Below, piece after piece: positions 20,600 through 30,039 of a DNA stretch of 64,000 nucleotides. This DNA comes from Candidatus Kapaibacterium sp. (lineage in GTDB: Bacteria > Bacteroidota > Ignavibacteria > Kapaibacteriales > UBA2268), in the NCBI GenBank assembly GCA_963665665.1, contig OY762428.1:3013200-3077199 (forward strand). Direction: 5' to 3'. The position numbers and the translations under genes are program-made. Position 1 is the stretch's first letter. Every line of letters starts with the position of its first letter. The notes below the pieces were generated by a model. That model was not told where the DNA came from. It did no database searches and saw only the letters and a program-made list of their open reading frames with translations.

Positions 20600-21379
20600 T
20601 TGGAAAAAAGAAATCAGAGAATGGATTTTGGAATAGAAAAGCCCGGCAAACCGATAATTATCGCGGGGCCTTGTTCCGTAGAATCAGAAGATCAAATCTC
20701 CTCTGTCAGCAAGGTAATATCTTCCAAGGGAATACGATACCTTCGTGGCGGCGCTTTCAAGCCCCGCACTTCCCCGAACAGTTTCCAGGGACTCGGGGCT
20801 AAGGGTATTGAATACATAAGGAAAGCTGCTGATAATAATAATATGCTGGTTGTTTCCGAAGTTCTTGACGGTGATCAACTTGATGATCATTACGATGATA
20901 TTGATATTATTCAAGTTGGCAGCCGTAATATGTCTTCATCTGCTTTGCTGAAAAGAATAGGAAAAAAAACCTCTATTGATAAAAAGCCTGTATTGCTGAA
21001 ACGCGGATTTTCAGCTACAATCAGCGAATTCCTCTACGCGGCTGATTATATCAGGAATGAAGGGAACCCCAATGTATGGCTTTGCCTCAGGGGTATCAGG
21101 ACATTTGAACAGATAGATTCTATTTTCCGGTTTACGCCCGACCTTGGTTCAATCCTTGAATTGAAGCATAGAACGGATCTGCCTGTTATTTATGATCCCA
21201 GCCATGCAGCCGGCGATTCAGATTATGTTGTAAAAATAGCAAAAGCAGCACTGATGCTCGGCGCGGACGGACTCCTGATAGAAACACACCTTTCACCGGA
21301 AAATGCACTCACCGACGGCAAGCAAAGTATTCATCCCGATATGCTGGATGAAATTCTGAATTCATTACTACTCAGCTAA
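20600..21379 (+). CDS. 3-deoxy-7-phosphoheptulonate (DAHP) synthase, class I-beta
   Basis: IIAGPCSVES...RGGAFKPRTSP.SFQGLG...IIQVGSRNM...LLKRG.SAT near-colinear with Thermotoga/Bacillus-type DAHP synthase; 259 aa. Confidence 0.8.
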   Translation: MEKRNQRMDFGIEKPGKPIIIAGPCSVESEDQISSVSKVISSKGIRYLRGGAFKPRTSPNSFQGLGAKGIEYIRKAADNNNMLVVSEVLDGDQLDDHYDDIDIIQVGSRNMSSSALLKRIGKKTSIDKKPVLLKRGFSATISEFLYAADYIRNEGNPNVWLCLRGIRTFEQIDSIFRFTPDLGSILELKHRTDLPVIYDPSHAAGDSDYVVKIAKAALMLGADGLLIETHLSPENALTDGKQSIHPDMLDEILNSLLLS

Positions 21380-21512
21380 GATGATATTATACTGTTTTGA
21401 AAAGAACAATTGTAAAATTGTCATTCTGATGGAGCGAAGCGACTGAAGAATCCACTTGTTTTAGGATAAAATTATGAAAAATGGACTCTTCGCTATTGTT
21501 CAGAGTGACATT
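21369..21512. repeat. Dispersed palindromic element copy C (overlaps last codons and stop of the DAHP synthase gene)
   Basis: tactcagctaagatgatattatactgttttgaaaagaacaattgtaaaattgtcattctgatggagcgaagcgactgaagaatcca...atggactcttcgct...cagagtgacat. Confidence 0.65.
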
Positions 21513-21572
21513 TTCTGATATTATTAAAAAATATCTAACATATTTTACTTTATACAGAGTAGTATCCTGAAT

Positions 21573-22457
21573 TCAATCAAGTAAATTTCTCAACGCTTCT
21601 TTCAGGCCGGGATATTCAAATTCAAAGCCGTATTGATTCAGTTTTTCCGGTATGGCTTTTTGTCCTTCAATTACTATTGTAGCAGACTCCCCGAGTAATA
21701 ATTTTAAGACAAATTCCGGAACAGGGAAGAGGTTGGGCCTTCCTAAAACTTCAGCCAGCGTCCGGGAGAATATTTTCATATTTTCAGGGTTAGGGGAGCA
21801 GGCATTGTAAACACCTCTGAAATCCGAATTTTCAATTGCAAAGATCATACTTTTTATCAAATCGCTGATATGAATCCAGGAAATGAATTGCCTTCCGCTT
21901 CCAAGTGGCCCGCCTATAAAGAATTTATATGGCAAAAGCATTTTTTCCAAAGCGCCGCCTGTTTGGGAAAGAACCATTCCTATACGGGGCAGTATTACCC
22001 TGGTTGATTCTCTTGCCAGCAGTGCTGCTTTTTCCCATTCGGCAGTCAGTTCGGCAAGGAATCCACGGCCCGGAGCTGAAGATTCGTCTTTATTTTCAGT
22101 TGAATTTCCGTAATATCCCACAGCCGAGGCATTCAGAAAAAATTCAGGTTTGTTTTCGCATCTATTAATCGCTTCTGAAATTTCACCGGTGAAATCCACC
22201 CTGCTTGAAGTCAGAATTTTCTTATAACTATCAGTCCATTTGCTTCCTGCTATCGAGGCTCCGGCAAGATTAGCAATTCCGTGAACACCGGAATGAATTA
22301 ATTCCAGGGCAGCAGGTTTATCAATTGTTTCAGCACAGTTTTCTAATTTTTTTCCGGGGTTTCTACTTACCCCAATAATATCGTAGTTTTTATTCAACTC
22401 ATTTGTTAAGGCTGAACCTATCATCCCGCCGGCGCCAAATACTACAATTTTTTTCAT
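21573..22457 (-). CDS. TIGR01777-type (YfcH-like) NAD-dependent epimerase/dehydratase family protein with C-terminal DUF1731
   Basis: N-terminal Rossmann VFGAGGMIGSAL; about 295 aa; C-terminal region typical of the YfcH family. Confidence 0.65.
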   Translation of the reverse strand: MKKIVVFGAGGMIGSALTNELNKNYDIIGVSRNPGKKLENCAETIDKPAALELIHSGVHGIANLAGASIAGSKWTDSYKKILTSSRVDFTGEISEAINRCENKPEFFLNASAVGYYGNSTENKDESSAPGRGFLAELTAEWEKAALLARESTRVILPRIGMVLSQTGGALEKMLLPYKFFIGGPLGSGRQFISWIHISDLIKSMIFAIENSDFRGVYNACSPNPENMKIFSRTLAEVLGRPNLFPVPEFVLKLLLGESATIVIEGQKAIPEKLNQYGFEFEYPGLKEALRNLLD

Positions 22458-25400
22458 AAATCAAGAACCCTTTTGATTTCCTTTATAAACTGCTTCATGT
22501 TAAATGGTTTTTCAAGTCTTCCTTTGAATCCGAATTTTTTATAATTGGCTACTACCGGCTTGGTGGAATGACCACTGAATACAAGGGCTTTTACATCAGG
22601 ATCGTAGCTTCTTAATTCATTTAGTACGTCAAGTCCGTCTTTATCATAACCTTTCAGGGTCATATCAAGAATTACAAGTTCATAAGATTCACTGTTTAAT
22701 GCATTTATATAATTGAACATAACTTTATCAGGGTTCGACAGGCAAGTCATATTAAGTTCCAGGTCCTCTGCAATTTCTTTCATATTTTCAATAATACTTT
22801 CATCATCGTCAAGAAGTAGTATTTTTACCGGGCGGTCGAAACTCTCGAATTCAGCAGCCTTTTTAGTATCCGATTCCCCGGATACTACCATTGGAAGTAA
22901 TATCGTAAATTTAGTTCCTTCGTCAATTTTCGATTCTACACTTATCCTTCCTCTATGTTTGCTGATAATATAAAATACTGATGCAAGCCCTAACCCGTGG
23001 CCTTTTTCCTTTGTTGTGAAAAACGGTGTGAATATTTCCTTTAGGTGTGATTTCGGAATTCCCATTCCCTCGTCGGATATTTCAATCCTGATATATTTTC
23101 CTTCTTTAAGCTTCGGGATTTCCGATTTGCCGAGTTGTATCATTGAAGTCCTGACAGACACTTTTCCGCCTCTTGGCATAGCCTGGTCGGCATTAATCAG
23201 CAGGTTTGTAAATACCTCGTTCAGTTGTTTTTCGTCCGCAAGAACAGGAGGTATCGAAATATCCAGATCATATTGTATATCAGACCTGGAACCGGACAAA
23301 GCCATTTCAGCGCTGTCTTTTATTGTTAAATTGATATTTGTTGTTGACAGTATAGGTTCGTCAGATTTAGAAAAGGTCTGGAACTTTGTTGCCAGGGCTG
23401 TAGCCTGTTCTATTGATTTTGCAATTTTATCTAAGTGTTTAATTACTCTTTCAGGTTTCATTTTCGCAAGTTCTACACTCATGGACATAGCCGTAAGCAT
23501 ATTTTTAAAATTATGAGCAATTCCACCGGCCAGAATACCAAGGGATTCGAGCCGTGAAATTTTCTGAAGTTCAGCTTCGGATTTTTTCCTGTCGGTTACA
23601 TCAACAAACATAACGGCAACGTAATTTTGAGCTGTCTGGAAAGCATAAACTTCATAAAAACCTTTGATAATTTTATCATCATATTTAACATCTTCATAGT
23701 ACCATGGCTCGCCGGTTCTTGCCACATTTTTATAATGATCGGGCATATCTGTTTCAGCCAATGGCGGGAAGGCTTCGCCAATAGTTTTACCAATGAATTG
23801 TTTGCAATCAACCCCAAGTATTTTATTAGCAGTAGGGTTGTAATCAATAAAGTTCAGGCTGTCGTCCTGTTTTAACTCGTAGAGGAAAATACCCATTGGG
23901 GTATTATTTATTATGTTTTTAAGTTTCTGTTCACTTTCCCGCAATGCTTCCGCAGCATTCTTTTGGTCGGTAATATCTCTGAATTCAACTGCACGGGCTT
24001 TTATTCCTTTATATGGGATATTCCTGGCTTCAAGCCTGAGGGGATAAATTTCCCCGTCTTTTCTTATGCCTTCAACTTCATAAGGTTTCTCGTAACCGGA
24101 AAGAATTTTTTCCATAACATGATCACGCCAGTCGGGTGCTATCAGCAGCAGGCCATCCATTCCTGTCAGTTCATCAACAGAAAAGCCGCTCATTTCACTC
24201 ATTCCCATATTGCAGTCAAGAATTACACCTTTATCATGAATTGCAATTCCGCCGAAAGAAGCATTGTGCAGGGCTTTGAATCGGGTTTCGCTTTCCTCGG
24301 CTTTCTCTCGGGCATTTACAATTTCAGTTATATCTTCAAATGTTACGACTACTTCGTCAAGAGTCTTACCATCAGATGAGAATTTTGGCATTGAATTGAT
24401 ATTAATCCACCGTATGGCATCCTGTTCCGGCAAATGTATCCCCATTTTCGAATCCCGGACAGCTTCAATTGTTTTCAAGGTTATCATTGCCGGATGAGTT
24501 TCGCCGGGATAAGGAGAACCATCTTCGTGGATTGAACGCCAACGGGGATCCATCGATGTTTTTCCGAAAAGCTGATCTTTTGTTAACCCCAGGATTTTGG
24601 AAGCAGAATTGTTGGCATAAATTATTTTTCCGGAAATGTCGTGATAAACAACTCCCTGTGTCATATTTTCGAACAGGAAGCGGTGTTTTTCTTCGCTTTG
24701 TATCAGGGCTTCTTCGAATTGCTTTCTTTCCGACATATCAACATCAATACAAAATAATTCTTTGCCCTTACCCGGGATTTCCACAATAGCATGGCTTGAA
24801 TATACATCAACATACGAGCCGTCTTTTCGTTTCAATGTCATTTCCGATGATGGAATGGGTTTTCCTGTTTCGTTCATTCCTTTAATAGCTGCTATGACTT
24901 CTTCCTGCATTTCTTCAGGAATAATCAGATCGAGCAGGTTTTTACCAATGGCTTCTTCCGGAGTATAGCCATATAATATTTCAGACGCCTTATTCCAGTA
25001 CATGGTAGTTCCGTCAATCAGATAGCCCTGTACTGAAACATGATGTACATCCTGCAACAGGTTCCGGAAACGCATTTCACTTTGTTTTAATAATTCTTCT
25101 GCTTTTTTCCTTTCTGTTAAATCAATTCCAAGGCATGTAACATCAACAATTTCACCTTTGTTATCTTTTGTCAGAACATTTGCCCAAGAGATCATCCTTA
25201 ATTCACCGGATCTGGTAACTATCTCATTTTCGAAAGTTGAAAGTGCTGTAGTATCTTTCTGCTTTATAACAGTAAGAAAAACATCTTTAACCTTTTGAGA
25301 TATTTCTTCCGGAATGAACATGTCAAACCAGTCACTGCCAATCACATCTTTTTCTTCCCACCCGGTAAGTTTCAGGAAGTGCCTGTTAGCAAAAGTAATT

Positions 25401-28400
25401 TTTGCCTGGCTGCTAAGGGCAATACCTATCTGAGGTGTATCCATAAGAATGTTACGCCATTTTCTTTCACTTTCCTGTAGTGCCTTTTCAGCTTTCTTTC
25501 TTTGCGAAATATCCCGGATAACTACCATTGTTCCTTTCGAGTCAGCAGATTCAAAAAGTGATCCGTTCAGCTCGCCGGCAAAAATTTCTCCGTTCTTCCT
25601 TTTCATATTTAATTCAATATTTCCGGTATTATTTCCGGATTCAAGGGATTTCCTGAAAGCTGAAACGGCATACTGAACAGAGGATTCTTCCAGAAATTCT
25701 GTGAAATGCCTGCCTATCATTTCATTCGGAGGACATTGAAACAGTTTAATCGAAGAGGGTGAGGCATAAGTTATTATTCCCTGGTTGTTGGTTAATGAGA
25801 TTAAATCTGAAGACTGTTCGGTGATAGACCGGAATTTTTTCTCGCTTTCAATTAGCGCATCTTCAGTTCTTCTTCGTTCGATAATTTCCCAGGCAAAATC
25901 AGCTAACTTCTGAATAGTATTAACGTCCCTGTTTGTATAATCTGAAATTTTATTGCCAACTCCGAGAATAGCTTTAACCTTGTTCTTCCTGATCACAGGA
26001 ACCAACAGTTCTCTTATAATATCCACATGCCCTTCCGGCATTCCTTTTTTATATTTCAGTGATTGATAATCATTGTGAACAACCGGCTTTTTTACTTTTA
26101 TGCAGTCCACCCAAACCCCGGCTTCGGATATGGGATAGTGTACCTTGTAATCAGAAATTTTGCAGTGATATTGTAATGTATTCCCTGACCAGGCCTGAAT
26201 GGAAAGTGTTTCCTGATCGTCTTCCAAGAAATGATAGAATCCGATACTGCTGCCGGTAAGTTTTTCGGATTCTTCAAGAAATTTTTGCAGAAGTTCCTTT
26301 GTGGAATGGCCTGTTGCGTATTCTATCAGATTTAATTGTGCCAGCCTGATTCTCCTGTCATGCTTTTGCTCGCTGATATCAACAAATGACGCCATAATAG
26401 AAACAGGTTTGCCATCTTCATCATATATCATATTTGTGGATAGCTGGATGTCGAAAGTACTTCCATTCTGGTGTTTTGCAACCATTTCACCTGCCCATGA
26501 ACCACCCCTGAATAATTCCCTGACAATTTCTTCAGCTTTTTCCTGCTGCTCCCAGAACGACACTGAAGGTTTCCCGATAACCTCCTCCGATTCAGAATAC
26601 CCCCACATTTTCAGGAAAGCTTCGTTAACATACACCAGGTTGGCGTTCAGGTCGCCAAACGCAATAGCATTATTCGAAGACGCAATAGCATTTTTATTTA
26701 TCTTCAAATCCCGTTCTGTCTGTTTTTGTTTTGTAATATCCTCACCGGAACTTAGGGTGCCAATAATAGTCCCGTTCCGGTCTTTTATTATTGTATTATG
26801 CCAGGCAATAAGTTTTATTTCGCCGTTTTTATCGAGGATTTCATTTTCACCATATTCAATATTTTTCTCTTTGCCGGTCAGAATATCTGAATATAAACTT
26901 TTTCTTATTGGCTTTATATCCGAGGGAATAAAATTATCGAACCAGTTTTTTCCAATTATTTCAATTTTTTCATATCCGAGTACCTCGCAGCCTTTTTTGT
27001 TTATCATAGTAACAGTGCCGCTGGTATTCAATGTCAGAATAATTACACCGGCAATATCAAGATAATTTTGCGCTCTGTCTCTTTCTTCAAGAATAGCATT
27101 TTGGGCGAGTTTTTCTTTTGTTATATCTCTGAGGAATGAGCTGAAAAATCCACCATTAATATCGTGATATTGAGTACTTACATAAATATTAATTGTTTTA
27201 CCGTCTTTTCGGCGGTGTAAGGTTTCAAATTTAGTTATTCCTGAATTTTTTAATTCCTCTATATGTTTTTTTGTTTCTTCGGGATTTTCTTTGGCCTCTA
27301 TTTCTGATAAATTCAATCCTGTCATTTCTTTAACAGAGTATCCGTATAAGCTTTCGCAGGATTTATTTGCTTCCTGGATTTTCATGTCATTACTAATAAT
27401 AATAAAGCCGTCAGAAGACGTTTCAATAATGGAACGATATTTCTCCTCGCTTTTTCTTAGTTCAAATTCTGCTTTTTTACTTTCGGTAATATCTGTCAGT
27501 GCCACAGCAAATTGCCCCTTTTTCGGACAATAAGCTTTTACCTCCCACCATTTATCTAAGTATTCGGAGTGATTTACAACAGATACGGATTCCCCGGTTA
27601 GTGCAACTTTGCCATATATGTTAAGCCAATAGTCTTCGAGGTTTGGGATAATATCGAGGCCTCTTTTGCCAAGGATATCTTCTTTTCTCAGCAGGGTGAA
27701 TTTTTCGTAAGCGGTATTAGCATCCAGCCATACAAAATCAACAACCTTGCCTTTATCGTCCAGAATTATCTTATGAAGAGCTACTCCAACGTTTATATTC
27801 TCGAAAAGGCTTCTGAATTTTTTTTCGCTTTCTTTCAGGCTGTGTTCATATTCTTTTTGTTTTGTAATATCTGTTGAAATTCCAACAAGAAGCGAAGGAG
27901 TTTCATCAGGACTTTTAACAAGTTTGGTTCTTGCGTAGAGTATAGATTCCGAGCCATCCGGCATAAGGTTAACTACTTCCCCTGCCCACTCACCGTTTTT
28001 CATGGTACTGTCAACTATCTCTTTTTGGGTGGCTCCTTTTTCCGGATTTTCTCCAAAAGTTTGAACATTTTTACCAATTAAATCTGCACGTTTTTTACCC
28101 ATTGTTTTTTCAACGGACTTGTTAACATAAATTACGTTTCCATTCAGGTCAGTAGCTGTTATCCTGTCTTCAATCTGGTCAAGAAGATTGAAATAGAATT
28201 CTGATGAGTCATGGCCGGTATCCGGGCTTTTTATTGTAGTCAGTGACTCGAAAATCAGAACATAGTACTTAATTGCATTATTTCCATCAAAATTAGGCAG
28301 TACATTTAATCTATAATAGATGTCTTTGTTTTTCAGAAAAGGAGCAAGTATTTTGTTTTCCCGTTCGGTTGAATTTTGTTCTGTAGCGGGTAAAAAAATA

Positions 28401-28594
28401 TTGTCAAAATTATTTTTGCCGATTAATTCACTGAGATAATTACTATCTTTTTTGCTTTCAGGCAGAAGAGACCTGAGTATTTCATTGAAATATTGAATCT
28501 TATAGTCCATATCAACAATCAAAGCCGGAAAAGGATAATAATCCAGCATTTCTCTTAGAAATCTCATTTCAAATATCGGTATCTTGTTTGTCAT
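22454..28594 (-). CDS. Hybrid sensor histidine kinase/response regulator with a very large array of tandem PAS/PAC and GAF sensor domains (2046 aa)
   Basis: Repeated PAS signatures throughout. C-terminal HisKA (HNFKNMLTAM), HATPase_c (GHGLGLA) and receiver domain (KILLLDDDE...D...K). Confidence 0.85.
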   Translation of the reverse strand: MTNKIPIFEMRFLREMLDYYPFPALIVDMDYKIQYFNEILRSLLPESKKDSNYLSELIGKNNFDNIFLPATEQNSTERENKILAPFLKNKDIYYRLNVLPNFDGNNAIKYYVLIFESLTTIKSPDTGHDSSEFYFNLLDQIEDRITATDLNGNVIYVNKSVEKTMGKKRADLIGKNVQTFGENPEKGATQKEIVDSTMKNGEWAGEVVNLMPDGSESILYARTKLVKSPDETPSLLVGISTDITKQKEYEHSLKESEKKFRSLFENINVGVALHKIILDDKGKVVDFVWLDANTAYEKFTLLRKEDILGKRGLDIIPNLEDYWLNIYGKVALTGESVSVVNHSEYLDKWWEVKAYCPKKGQFAVALTDITESKKAEFELRKSEEKYRSIIETSSDGFIIISNDMKIQEANKSCESLYGYSVKEMTGLNLSEIEAKENPEETKKHIEELKNSGITKFETLHRRKDGKTINIYVSTQYHDINGGFFSSFLRDITKEKLAQNAILEERDRAQNYLDIAGVIILTLNTSGTVTMINKKGCEVLGYEKIEIIGKNWFDNFIPSDIKPIRKSLYSDILTGKEKNIEYGENEILDKNGEIKLIAWHNTIIKDRNGTIIGTLSSGEDITKQKQTERDLKINKNAIASSNNAIAFGDLNANLVYVNEAFLKMWGYSESEEVIGKPSVSFWEQQEKAEEIVRELFRGGSWAGEMVAKHQNGSTFDIQLSTNMIYDEDGKPVSIMASFVDISEQKHDRRIRLAQLNLIEYATGHSTKELLQKFLEESEKLTGSSIGFYHFLEDDQETLSIQAWSGNTLQYHCKISDYKVHYPISEAGVWVDCIKVKKPVVHNDYQSLKYKKGMPEGHVDIIRELLVPVIRKNKVKAILGVGNKISDYTNRDVNTIQKLADFAWEIIERRRTEDALIESEKKFRSITEQSSDLISLTNNQGIITYASPSSIKLFQCPPNEMIGRHFTEFLEESSVQYAVSAFRKSLESGNNTGNIELNMKRKNGEIFAGELNGSLFESADSKGTMVVIRDISQRKKAEKALQESERKWRNILMDTPQIGIALSSQAKITFANRHFLKLTGWEEKDVIGSDWFDMFIPEEISQKVKDVFLTVIKQKDTTALSTFENEIVTRSGELRMISWANVLTKDNKGEIVDVTCLGIDLTERKKAEELLKQSEMRFRNLLQDVHHVSVQGYLIDGTTMYWNKASEILYGYTPEEAIGKNLLDLIIPEEMQEEVIAAIKGMNETGKPIPSSEMTLKRKDGSYVDVYSSHAIVEIPGKGKELFCIDVDMSERKQFEEALIQSEEKHRFLFENMTQGVVYHDISGKIIYANNSASKILGLTKDQLFGKTSMDPRWRSIHEDGSPYPGETHPAMITLKTIEAVRDSKMGIHLPEQDAIRWININSMPKFSSDGKTLDEVVVTFEDITEIVNAREKAEESETRFKALHNASFGGIAIHDKGVILDCNMGMSEMSGFSVDELTGMDGLLLIAPDWRDHVMEKILSGYEKPYEVEGIRKDGEIYPLRLEARNIPYKGIKARAVEFRDITDQKNAAEALRESEQKLKNIINNTPMGIFLYELKQDDSLNFIDYNPTANKILGVDCKQFIGKTIGEAFPPLAETDMPDHYKNVARTGEPWYYEDVKYDDKIIKGFYEVYAFQTAQNYVAVMFVDVTDRKKSEAELQKISRLESLGILAGGIAHNFKNMLTAMSMSVELAKMKPERVIKHLDKIAKSIEQATALATKFQTFSKSDEPILSTTNINLTIKDSAEMALSGSRSDIQYDLDISIPPVLADEKQLNEVFTNLLINADQAMPRGGKVSVRTSMIQLGKSEIPKLKEGKYIRIEISDEGMGIPKSHLKEIFTPFFTTKEKGHGLGLASVFYIISKHRGRISVESKIDEGTKFTILLPMVVSGESDTKKAAEFESFDRPVKILLLDDDESIIENMKEIAEDLELNMTCLSNPDKVMFNYINALNSESYELVILDMTLKGYDKDGLDVLNELRSYDPDVKALVFSGHSTKPVVANYKKFGFKGRLEKPFNMKQFIKEIKRVLDL

Positions 28595-28961
28595 AACGGC
28601 ATCCTGTGATGGAAATACTTCTGACTAATGCAATCAAATTAATTGCTCTTTTATTCTCAGCAGGGTATATCAATAGCATTTAATGCTAAAATTTTATAAC
28701 CTTTTTTGATGTAATACTCCGAGACTTGCAGCGGAGTAGTTTGTCTCCGAAAGAAGTTAATAAAATAACGGATATATTGCAAGTAATAATAATACTTAGT
28801 CTGAAATACTTAACAATTTTTTTCATGTCAAATTGATTTTTCGATTATTTTTGATTTCAGAAAAATAATGGCTGCTTGAATTAATGCAAAGCCAATGCAG
28901 AATATCAGGTTATATTAGGAATTATGCTCCGGTGATAATTTTGGGATTTTCCCGGCAGAAA

Positions 28962-28990
28962 TTAAAAAGGCTTCCGTACTGGAAGCCTTA
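28962..28990 (-). terminator. Rho-independent terminator downstream of tRNA-His
   Basis: aaaaaggcttccgtactggaagcctt: 8-bp stem, with a T-run on the minus strand. Confidence 0.55.
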
Positions 28991-28996
28991 ATGCTT

Positions 28997-29073
28997 TGGG
29001 GCGAGCGACGCGATTTGAACGCGCGACCACCAGAGCCACAATCTGGTGCTCTACCGACTGAGCTACGCCCGCC
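28997..29073 (-). tRNA. tRNA-His (anticodon GTG) with genome-encoded G-1 and CCA
   Basis: Reverse complement GGCGGGCGTAGCTCAGTCGGTAGAGCACCAGATTGTGGCTCTGGTGGTCGCGCGTTCAAATCGCGTCGCTCGCCCCA. Cloverleaf with D-arm GCTC/GAGC, anticodon stem CCAGA/TCTGG around loop TTGTGGC, T-arm GCGCG/CGCGT. The extra 5' G pairs with the discriminator C. Confidence 0.9.
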
Positions 29074-29145
29074 ATAATAGAGACTACAAAATTATGTAAT
29101 GTTTTTATAATTTGCAAGAAATATTTTGCACAAAACCTATTGAAA

Positions 29146-30009
29146 TTATCCTAACTCAAAACTTGTTACGCCAAAAACCTCGTTTATTCGAATATCAGGC
29201 TCGAAATGTGAATACATACGTGCGGTGCCAAATACTTTCTTCATATTATATTTTTTGGCCAAAGATACAGCCTGGTGATTTTTATCAGGTACATCTAAGA
29301 AAACCGGAGTATTAGCAGCATGAGTACACAAAGCCCTGAAAATTGTTTCCGCAGTTGTAGCATCATTGGCAAATAATGGCCCTATCTTGTTGCCGATACC
29401 GCAAGTTCTTATTGCCCCGTATCCCATGATATATCCATTGTCGATCATAGCATAGCCTCTAAGGTTGGGCATATTCAACCATTCCTGCAGAAAAGTCTCC
29501 CTTCTTGTGGGAAAATGTAAGGTATCATATTCAAGTATTTTGTAAAAATCAACTCTTTTCAGGTTTGTCAGATTTTCATTAACCTCAAAAGCATCAGAAT
29601 TTGGAGTAAACTCATATCTGAGATTACTGTAAGCATATTTAAAACCCAGACGGGCATAGTTATCCTGTCTGTCGAAAACGCCATCCAGTCCGGTGTTTAT
29701 CCCTTCAAGATATTTTAATGAAGCCATAGATACCATAACGCCGGCAGCGCTGCCCCTGTAGTCAGGCCTGACGATCAGAAATCCTGTAAATCCAAATTCC
29801 TCGTTATATTTAATCGCAGAAATACAAGCAACAAGTATTTCGTCGTGTTCAACTGCAAAATAACCATCCGGATCTGTTATCCAGAAAGGAGCTTCGTCGA
29901 AAAGTCCGGGATTCCAGCCTTCTTTTGCTGCCCATTCAATTGCTTGTGGAAACTCATCCCTTCTCATTTTTCTTACTTTGAAACCGTGTGTATTATCAAT
30001 TTCCGGCAT
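29146..30009 (-). CDS. GNAT-family N-acetyltransferase (two-domain)
   Basis: N-terminal acetyltransferase-like fold (motif A-like FGFTGFLIVRPDYRG); 287 aa; no other catalytic signature. Confidence 0.5.
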   Translation of the reverse strand: MPEIDNTHGFKVRKMRRDEFPQAIEWAAKEGWNPGLFDEAPFWITDPDGYFAVEHDEILVACISAIKYNEEFGFTGFLIVRPDYRGSAAGVMVSMASLKYLEGINTGLDGVFDRQDNYARLGFKYAYSNLRYEFTPNSDAFEVNENLTNLKRVDFYKILEYDTLHFPTRRETFLQEWLNMPNLRGYAMIDNGYIMGYGAIRTCGIGNKIGPLFANDATTAETIFRALCTHAANTPVFLDVPDKNHQAVSLAKKYNMKKVFGTARMYSHFEPDIRINEVFGVTSFELG

Positions 30010-30039
30010 AAAAACTCCAATAATTTGAATTCAGATATA

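Noticed and set aside
23016-27065. Plus-strand ORFs (23016..23516, 23963..24379, 26301..27065 and others) inside the 2046-aa kinase gene
   Set aside because: They are antisense to a long gene with coherent domain architecture on the minus strand, have low-complexity Ser/Ile/Phe-rich translations typical of antisense AT-rich frames, and show no start-site signals.
28600-28960. Hairpin aatactccgagacttgcagcggagtagtt in the 5' leader of the giant kinase gene, as a possible riboswitch or sRNA
   Set aside because: It is a single 7-bp stem without a recognisable conserved riboswitch core, and it lies in a 390-bp AT-rich promoter region. There is not enough evidence to call it.
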